The notes beneath the pieces are model-generated. The model was not told where the DNA came from and ran no database searches. It saw only the letters and a program-made list of their open reading frames with translations. A stretch of DNA of 26,894 bases from a virus. Taxonomy: Duplodnaviria; Caudoviricetes. The stretch lies in the IMG/VR virus record IMGVR_UViG_3300037631_002997, positions 1-26,894 of that record; one strand, written 5' to 3'. This document shows, piece after piece, positions 1 to 6,646 of this stretch. The translations under genes were made by a program, and so were the position numbers. The first letter of the stretch is position 1, and every line of letters starts with the position of its first letter.

Positions 1-827
1 GGTGAAGGATTCACAACCTGAACACCTGCAATTGTAGTAGTTGATGTTGTTGTTGTTACAACAGCACCTGTTGACCCAGTGCTGATAACTGAAGCACCAA
101 ATGTAGAACCAAAGTCAAAAGTATCGACTACTGGTGCAACACCCGTAGTTCTAGATGCACTACCAGTAGCAGAACTCTTTCTATTGATGAATTTTTGAGC
201 AATACTCAGTTTTGTCTGCTTTACATTATTATCATTCAACTCTGAGTGTGGTTGATACTGAACTATGTCCTCAAATTCTTCAACAATCAAGTCAGCAATC
301 TCTGCATTTGGTATTAGAATCTGACGTTTAACTTCATTCAAATAATCTTCATGTTCATAATTAGTTACTGGATATATCGACTCTTCTTTTGATTTTGTCG
401 TTCCATCAGGAAAGACCACTCTAAAGGATTCATTTACTTCTGTTCCTTCTTTAACAAAAACAATGTTGTTGAATAATACTTCATTAGTTTCCCAATGATG
501 TATCGCGTCAGAATCACCATATTTCTGTTGAACTGTAGTTAGTAATTCTGCTTGACTTCTTGGCCACTCTTCATATACATCAATAATATTATTTACTAAC
601 AACACAACCCAATCTAATTCTGCATCACCCAATAGTCTATATGCTACTGTTGGAGGCGTTTCACCATCACGTAGTGAGTAACTTTCAAAAAGAGTAATAT
701 ACTCATTCAAATTTGGAATGGTAACTGCTCTTCGGAATATATTTTTAACTAAGCGATACTTATAATCCTCATCCGTTGATGTGCCCTCAGCGATATAAGT
801 ATCTGGTAAGCGATTAAAGTAACCCAT
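1..827 (-). CDS. gp53: Baseplate wedge subunit gp53-like (partial, runs off the window start; missing from the ORF track)
   Basis: ATG at 827-825 overlaps the gp48 stop (TAATG). Hand translation MGYFNRLPDTYIAEG...YKYRLVKNIFRR...YSLRDGETPPTVAYRLLGDAELDWVVLLVNNIIDVYEEWP matches the LysM-like gp53 pattern. The frame appears open to the window edge, with an S/T-rich tail. Confidence 0.9.
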   Translation of the reverse strand, partial: MGYFNRLPDTYIAEGTSTDEDYKYRLVKNIFRRAVTIPNLNEYITLFESYSLRDGETPPTVAYRLLGDAELDWVVLLVNNIIDVYEEWPRSQAELLTTVQQKYGDSDAIHHWETNEVLFNNIVFVKEGTEVNESFRVVFPDGTTKSKEESIYPVTNYEHEDYLNEVKRQILIPNAEIADLIVEEFEDIVQYQPHSELNDNNVKQTKLSIAQKFINRKSSATGSASRTTGVAPVVDTFDFGSTFGASVISTGSTGAVVTTTTSTTTIAGVQVVNPS

Positions 828-1840
828 TAGTATCCTGCTGTAATATCTTTTTGAGTGATAATTGAAGTTTCGATGAATGTCAAATTGACGGCAACTGAGG
901 GAACCATGATTTGAGGTTGCCCACTCAATAAATGACGGAAAGCGTTATATGAACCATCAGGGGTATAATTTACTTGAATTCCTGCACATACAGAATCCTT
1001 GATTCTATGGTGTAATGGGTATCCACCCGTTGCGAAGTCACCTTTTGCATTAAGTCGTCTATAAGAAAGTTCAAACTTGTCAGGAACTTCAAAATACCGT
1101 GCAGAACGAGCTCTTCGGGCACCATCAGTCGCGAAGAGCTGTTCAAAGTTTTGATTGTTTTCACTACTATCTCCACCACTATCATCGGTGTTAAATTCGT
1201 CAGCATCCGCTCCACCAATGATGGGAACAGAACCAAATTTGATATAGTTTATAATTTTAAAAATTTCTTGCGCCTCTCTTCCACTACGGGCAAAAAACTT
1301 GAATGAGAAGTTATGAGTTCGGAAGGACATATTACTGAACAATTGCTCAGTAAATGGGTTAAATACCTTTCCTTTTGTCAATGCCTGTAAAGCATTAGCA
1401 TCAATATTACCTGCAAGACCCAACATCTGATTTATATTTGATGCTGAACTTGCAATTGCTGCAGAAGCAAACTCAGGTAAAGCAGCAGCTGCTGCACCTT
1501 GAATAGTTTCAACTATTTGATCCATATTACCGCCACTATTCATCAATCCTGCTGCTGCAACTCCAGCAACACCAATATCTACTTGTCTGTAGTTTGGTTG
1601 GTATTGAGTTTGAATCTGATTTGGGATTGCTAAGTAAACCCTCTCATTTCTGTGAATTTTACTAACTTTATTGCCAGGAAGATTTAATCCATAATAGTTT
1701 GAATCGCTATCATTATAATTGATAGCATATCTTCTCATAGCAAGATAGTCAATAAACTCTGTTGGAGACTCCAGGTCACCAGCATTGCCTTGGTCGGACA
1801 CAGGAGGATTTAAAGGATATCTATAGATTGAGTTGGACAA
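827..1840 (-). CDS. gp48: Baseplate tail tube cap gp48-like
   Basis: NPFTEQLFSNMSFRTHNFSFKF and VNYTPDG...VNLTFIET motifs; adjacent to gp53; TTG start. Confidence 0.88.
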   Translation of the reverse strand: MSNSIYRYPLNPPVSDQGNAGDLESPTEFIDYLAMRRYAINYNDSDSNYYGLNLPGNKVSKIHRNERVYLAIPNQIQTQYQPNYRQVDIGVAGVAAAGLMNSGGNMDQIVETIQGAAAAALPEFASAAIASSASNINQMLGLAGNIDANALQALTKGKVFNPFTEQLFSNMSFRTHNFSFKFFARSGREAQEIFKIINYIKFGSVPIIGGADADEFNTDDSGGDSSENNQNFEQLFATDGARRARSARYFEVPDKFELSYRRLNAKGDFATGGYPLHHRIKDSVCAGIQVNYTPDGSYNAFRHLLSGQPQIMVPSVAVNLTFIETSIITQKDITAGY

Positions 1841-1850
1841 AAGATACTAC

Positions 1851-1857
1851 CTAAATA
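1851..1857 (+). promoter_or_regulatory. T4-like late promoter (CTAAATA) for gp4
   Basis: (C/A)TAAATA late motif ending 21 nt upstream of the gp4 ATG. Confidence 0.6.
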
Positions 1858-1873
1858 TTATGTGACCTCTATG

Positions 1874-1880
1874 TATTTAT
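1874..1880 (-). promoter_or_regulatory. T4-like late promoter (ATAAATA) for gp48-gp53
   Basis: TATTTAT on the + strand reads ATAAATA on the - strand, about 33 nt upstream of the gp48 TTG. Confidence 0.6.
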
Positions 1881-2298
1881 GCGATATCAAGGAAAGTACA
1901 GACCTTCTTTTCCTGGGAAGTATAAGGGCGATTTCTCTAATGTGATTTATCGCTCCTCTTGGGAGTATAAATTTATGAAATGGTGTGATATTACCACATC
2001 TGTTCAAGAGTGGGGAAGTGAAGAAATTATTATTCCTTACGTTTCACCAGTTGATGGTAGACGGCATAGATATTTTCCAGATTTTTATGTTAAAATCAAT
2101 AACAAAAAATATCTGGTTGAAGTAAAACCCTACAAACAAACTAAAGAACCCAAAAATCAAAAAAGACACACAAAACGATATATAAATGAAGTAGTGACGT
2201 ATGCTGTTAATCAGGCAAAATGGAAAGCAGCAACCGAATTTTGTATGGACCAAGGTTGGGAGTTTATGTTAATTACTGAAAAAGAACTTAAAGTGTAA
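1879..2298 (+). CDS. gp4: Head completion protein gp4 (TnsA-like endonuclease fold)
   Basis: YRSSWE, WGSEEIIIPY, HRYFPDF, LVEVKP and NQAKWKAA are hallmark T4 gp4 motifs. Confidence 0.95.
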   Translation: MRYQGKYRPSFPGKYKGDFSNVIYRSSWEYKFMKWCDITTSVQEWGSEEIIIPYVSPVDGRRHRYFPDFYVKINNKKYLVEVKPYKQTKEPKNQKRHTKRYINEVVTYAVNQAKWKAATEFCMDQGWEFMLITEKELKV

Positions 2299-3140
2299 TG
2301 GCAATTCCAAATAAAGAGCAAGCACAATATAATTCATTACAAGAATTTATTGGATTTTTTAAGGCGGAACCAAACGCCCCTTCATACTCCAATCTTTTTT
2401 CGGTACATTTTAGCACTCCTCCAATGTTGCAGAATGGTGCTTATGGAATGAATACGACTAAGTACGAACCCCAACGAGAAGTTTTAAGGACATTATTAAA
2501 TTATTACGCAGAAAGTGTAAATCTACCTAGCAAGCAAGTTACAACGGGAACATATAATCAGTTAGGTTCTGCAATTAGATATGCGACTGGTTCTACATTT
2601 AGTCAAATTAGTATTACGTTCAAAGTTCCACGTTCTGGAGAGACGAGAGCATTTTTTGAAAAATGGATTTCTATGATGGCAAATGATGCCAGTCAATATA
2701 CTGATTATTATAATAATTACGTTTGTAATACATTAAGAATTTACAAGTGGGAAAGAGGTGGTGGTGATGTCGCTGTTAGTAAACCTCAATTTAGAAAGGC
2801 AGTAAGAGACAGTGGACTGGACGCATCGCAAATATCAGCTCCTCGGTTGAATTCGTTGTCTACAGCATATGAACTGCGTAATGTATTTCCATATAACATC
2901 GGTTCTATACAGTTAGACAATGCTACAGCAAAAACTGTAAGTATGACAGTTCAGTTTTATTATGAAAGGTATAGATTCTATCAATCTGATGACCTTGTAT
3001 TTCCTGAGACTATTGACCCCTCCCGAATCCGACTCGATAACTTAACACAACCTGGTACTGATCCATTAGTCAATTTTCAATTTAGTAAATTATTCAATAG
3101 CTACCAGGATCTAATCTCATCAACTGGCAATGTTGGATAG
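2298..3140 (+). CDS. Tail tube initiator gp54 / gp19-like protein
   Basis: AESVNLPSK, FFEKWI and YELRNVFPYNIGSIQLD...TVQFYYERY are tail-tube-fold motifs; lies between gp4 and gp26. Confidence 0.7.
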   Translation: MAIPNKEQAQYNSLQEFIGFFKAEPNAPSYSNLFSVHFSTPPMLQNGAYGMNTTKYEPQREVLRTLLNYYAESVNLPSKQVTTGTYNQLGSAIRYATGSTFSQISITFKVPRSGETRAFFEKWISMMANDASQYTDYYNNYVCNTLRIYKWERGGGDVAVSKPQFRKAVRDSGLDASQISAPRLNSLSTAYELRNVFPYNIGSIQLDNATAKTVSMTVQFYYERYRFYQSDDLVFPETIDPSRIRLDNLTQPGTDPLVNFQFSKLFNSYQDLISSTGNVG

Positions 3141-3144
3141 TTTG

Positions 3145-3151
3145 ATAAATA
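3145..3151 (+). promoter_or_regulatory. Late promoter ATAAATA for the gp26 operon
   Basis: Motif in the 32-nt intergenic gap before gp26. Confidence 0.65.
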
Positions 3152-3172
3152 AAATTACTGAATTGAATTTTT

Positions 3173-3886
3173 ATGGCATTACCTAAGATTAATGTACCTA
3201 AGTACAAATTGAAATTGCCTTCAACGGGCAAAGTAGTGAATTTTAGACCATTTCTAGTTAGAGAAGAAAAATTACTTCTTCTTGCTACTCAGACAGGTGA
3301 AACCGAACAACTGGTAGATGCGATTACAAAAATTGTTTCTGATTGTACTGATGTTAAGGATGTAAAAAATCTCTCAACATTTGATATTGAATATCTGTTT
3401 TTGCAAATTCGCACAAAATCTGTTGGCGAGACTGTGAATATTAGTCTTACAATGCCAGATGATAATGAGACTGAAGTTGATGTTGAAATTCCTTTAGACG
3501 AAATCACCGTCAAAACAGATAAAACTCATAAAAATGAGTTGAAACTTAGTGATGAAATTATCGTCAGTATGGGATATCCTTCCCTAGAAATGTTCGTTAA
3601 GATGAATTTTTCTGATGATGATACTAATCAAATTGAACAAGTCTTTGAAATGGCAGCGAGTTGTGTAAAAACAATTTCGGATCCTGCTCAAGTCTATGAC
3701 TGTGCAGATGTCTCTAAAAAAGAACTTATAGAATGGTTTGAAGAATTGAACAGTAAGCAATTCGGTATGATTCAAGAATTTTTTGAAACCATGCCCAAGT
3801 TGTCACATACACTTAAAGTGACTAATCCCAATACTGGGGTAGAAAACGAAATTGTTCTAGAAGGTCTGGCATCTTTTTTCGGATAG
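3173..3886 (+). CDS. gp26: Baseplate hub assembly protein gp26-like
   Basis: MALPKINVPKYKLKLPS, FRPFLVREEKLLL, FDIEYLFLQIRTKSVGE and C-terminal LEGLASFF are typical of cyanophage gp26. Confidence 0.92.
   Translation: MALPKINVPKYKLKLPSTGKVVNFRPFLVREEKLLLLATQTGETEQLVDAITKIVSDCTDVKDVKNLSTFDIEYLFLQIRTKSVGETVNISLTMPDDNETEVDVEIPLDEITVKTDKTHKNELKLSDEIIVSMGYPSLEMFVKMNFSDDDTNQIEQVFEMAASCVKTISDPAQVYDCADVSKKELIEWFEELNSKQFGMIQEFFETMPKLSHTLKVTNPNTGVENEIVLEGLASFFG
3874..3880 (+). promoter_or_regulatory. Candidate -1 programmed ribosomal frameshift site T-TTT-TTC
   Basis: X-XXY-YYZ heptamer in the correct phase (TCT TTT TTC GGA TAG). The -1 frame is open to TAA at 4074 and encodes the gp51-like domain. 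Confidence 0.6.
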
Positions 3887-4074
3887 CACTCCTCCATACA
3901 AATCTTCGCTCTTATTATGAAGGCAATTTTTCATTAATGCATCATCATAAATGGAATATAGAACACATTGACAACCTAATGCCTTGGGAAAAGGAAATCT
4001 ACGTCAATATGCTAATCCAATTCCTAAAAGAAGAAGAAAAACGTATGAAGGAGCAGCAAGCAGCAAGTGGCTAA
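3880..4074 (+). CDS. gp51: Baseplate hub assembly protein gp51-like (first ATG at 3937; probably reached by -1 frameshift from gp26; missing from the ORF track)
   Basis: Frame reads RIALLHTNLRSYYEGNFSLMHHHKWNIEHIDNLMPWEKEIYVNMLIQFLKEEEKRMKEQQAASG*. YYxxNFxLMxHHK...MPWExEIYV is the cyanophage gp51 signature. Confidence 0.85.
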   Translation, partial: RIALLHTNLRSYYEGNFSLMHHHKWNIEHIDNLMPWEKEIYVNMLIQFLKEEEKRMKEQQAASG

Positions 4075-6646
4075 CATAACACCATATAAGTTTGTAAATC
4101 CTGGATTTACATCTAGTAAAAATCCATCTACAATTGCAGCAAGAAATTCAACTCTTGCTATCAATAGGATTGGTGTGACTGTTGAAAGTTTGGCAAATAC
4201 CGTTGCTGGTCTTTCTTCTATTGCTACTCTTCGTGAGAAAACAAGATTAAAATCTTCTCAGTTAGAGCGCAGACAAGAAAGATTAAAGAAAGATAGGGAA
4301 GCAGAAGAAAACGAAGAAACTAATAAGTTACTGCAAAAGAAAGATCGTAATGCAGACAAAAAGAAATTAAAGGTTGGGAAAGGCAGTATTAGTTGGTTAG
4401 AAGAATTTATTGGACCTTTAGGTAAAATTCTTCTAGATTTTGGTACATTTGCTCTTACCAGTAAATTATTAGAATACCTAGGCGATACAGAAAATAGAGA
4501 AAAGGTAGCAGTATTTTTAGATAAGGTTGGATTTGTTTTCAATAAATTATCAGAATTTGCTGGTAATATAACTCAAACTTTATCAGATGGAATGGATGCC
4601 ATCTTCGGTAAAGAGAGCACTATTGGAGAGAGACTAAACGCTTTCGGCAAGATTATTGCTGCGATTACAGGGATAACAGGCATCTTAGGTGCTGCATTTG
4701 CAGCGAGAGATTTATTTCAGGCGGGTGAAGACCTTGCAGATGTAAGACCCGACAGACCTAGACCAGATAAACCAAGAAAACCGCCAAAACCTACAGCAAC
4801 GAACCCTAGTGGCGCAGACCCTGATATAGATGGTCCTAATGGTAGAGTAAGGGCATCTACTATTGCTGATCGGTATGGTGACCTTGCACAAAAACAATAT
4901 AAAAAGATTCTTGCAGAGCGTGGAGATGAGGCTGCAAAAGCATTTGCTAATGCTTTAAATAACAGTGGTGGTAATATCACTGAGGCAACAAAAGCATTTA
5001 ATAGGTTATTAGGGAAGGGTTTCTTTAAACCTATTGAACCACCAAAACCAACTAGATTACAAAGAGCTGGAAACTTTTTTGGCAATCTTGGTACTAAAAT
5101 TAAAACTCAAGCAGTAAGATCTTTTGATTGGCTTAAAACTGGATTGATGAATGCTCCAGAGTGGGCAAAAAATCAATATAAGAATCTTTCTGCAGCAGGG
5201 CGTAAAGCATGGGAAACTACAGTCAAAGCAGGCGAAGTAATAGGTGCAAAGGGAAAACAATATGCTCGTGCAGCAGGAGATAAGTTTAAGGCAGCAGGAG
5301 ATTGGGTTGCTGATGGAGGAAAGAAATTTTTAAGCAATATGGCACAAGGTGCCAAAAACTTATTTTTTGAAAAGGTACTGAATCCATTAAGACCTATCTT
5401 AGACCCGATTGCAGCAAAAGCAAAACTAGTAGGTGATTCATTAATTACAAATTTAATGAAGATCCCTGGCATGAAGAAGGGTGCCGAGATTCTTAAGAAG
5501 AAGGGTATCGGTAGTTTTGCTGATGTTGCAACGGCAGGAGGTAAGTTAGGGAAAAGAGCAGCTGCAGTTCTTCCTGTTATTGGTGGACTTGTAAACCTTG
5601 GGTTTGCTTATGATAGAGCAGCAAACGGAGACTCTATTGGTGCATTGATTGAAGGTACTTCTGGTATCTTAGATATTGCTGGTCTTGCTTCAGCAGGTGC
5701 TGGTAATGTAGCGTCAATGGTTCTTGACGGATATATGTTTATCCGTGACTTTGTTCCTCAACTACAAGAGGGTGAAAACAAGGTAGTAGAAGGATTGGGA
5801 CTATCTGGATTTAAAACCCAAATTGATAGTGTGTTGAGTAAATTGCCTAATATTGGCGAAATTATCAACATGATTACAGGTAATAATAATACTGAAAATG
5901 TTAAAGCTACTGAACCAGAACAAGAACTGTTCTTAGGTGGTGTTGTCAAGAGCGTTGGTAATGCAATTGGCAGTGTCGGCAAGGCAGTAAGTGGAGTTGT
6001 GAACTCCCCTATTGGTAATGTTGTAAAGACTGCTGCATCGTTTATTCCTGGTGCAGCACCCATCATGGCAGGCGTAAATGCAATTACAGGACTTGCTTCA
6101 GGAAATCCAATTCAAGGTCTCATGGGCGCTGCAACGTCCTTCTTACCTGGTTTTAGCAATGCTGTTGGTAACTTCATGGGCAATAGTGCTATAGGCAGTA
6201 TGTTGACTAATGTGATGTCTGGTAGTTATGACCAGGCATTAAGTACAGGGTTATCAATGATTAACCCTGCCATTGGGCAACTTGCGGGGTCGTTACTCAA
6301 GGGTGGAATGAATCCCATGAGTATATTAGATTCTGCTGCGATGCAATTTGGATTAGATGGACTCATGAACTCGTTTATGAGCGGAGATTATATCGGCGGA
6401 CTATCAGAAACTGCAGGAGCATTAGGAATTGATCCTAAAGTTATTGGTGCTTCTAAGAGTGCAGCTAAATCAACATTTTCTCCTGGTGGGTTATCAGAAA
6501 AACTAATACTTGAAGAAGTAGTAGAATTCATACCACTTCCCGTCATTGTTGAAAAGTTACAACCTATTCTGCAAGCTGTGCCCATAAATACAGGTGGTGG
6601 TGCCGTAAGTGGTGGACCTTCTAGTCTGACAACCAGGATGCAATAA
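4067..6646 (+). CDS. Tape-measure-like virion structural protein 1
   Basis: 859 aa with GTG start; charged N-terminal coiled coil, Ala/Gly/Lys-rich helices with periodic aromatics, Gly-rich hydrophobic C-terminal half; follows gp26/gp51. Confidence 0.6.
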   Translation: MANITPYKFVNPGFTSSKNPSTIAARNSTLAINRIGVTVESLANTVAGLSSIATLREKTRLKSSQLERRQERLKKDREAEENEETNKLLQKKDRNADKKKLKVGKGSISWLEEFIGPLGKILLDFGTFALTSKLLEYLGDTENREKVAVFLDKVGFVFNKLSEFAGNITQTLSDGMDAIFGKESTIGERLNAFGKIIAAITGITGILGAAFAARDLFQAGEDLADVRPDRPRPDKPRKPPKPTATNPSGADPDIDGPNGRVRASTIADRYGDLAQKQYKKILAERGDEAAKAFANALNNSGGNITEATKAFNRLLGKGFFKPIEPPKPTRLQRAGNFFGNLGTKIKTQAVRSFDWLKTGLMNAPEWAKNQYKNLSAAGRKAWETTVKAGEVIGAKGKQYARAAGDKFKAAGDWVADGGKKFLSNMAQGAKNLFFEKVLNPLRPILDPIAAKAKLVGDSLITNLMKIPGMKKGAEILKKKGIGSFADVATAGGKLGKRAAAVLPVIGGLVNLGFAYDRAANGDSIGALIEGTSGILDIAGLASAGAGNVASMVLDGYMFIRDFVPQLQEGENKVVEGLGLSGFKTQIDSVLSKLPNIGEIINMITGNNNTENVKATEPEQELFLGGVVKSVGNAIGSVGKAVSGVVNSPIGNVVKTAASFIPGAAPIMAGVNAITGLASGNPIQGLMGAATSFLPGFSNAVGNFMGNSAIGSMLTNVMSGSYDQALSTGLSMINPAIGQLAGSLLKGGMNPMSILDSAAMQFGLDGLMNSFMSGDYIGGLSETAGALGIDPKVIGASKSAAKSTFSPGGLSEKLILEEVVEFIPLPVIVEKLQPILQAVPINTGGGAVSGGPSSLTTRMQ

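Noticed and set aside
1879-2298. TnsA-like nuclease as evidence for a transposon or homing endonuclease
   Set aside because: This is core T4 gp4 in its usual context, with no terminal repeats or intron signs.
4740-4800. RPDRPRPDKPRKPPKP repeat-like stretch, and the S/T-rich gp53 tail at 1-180
   Set aside because: Low-complexity protein linkers, not DNA repeat arrays.
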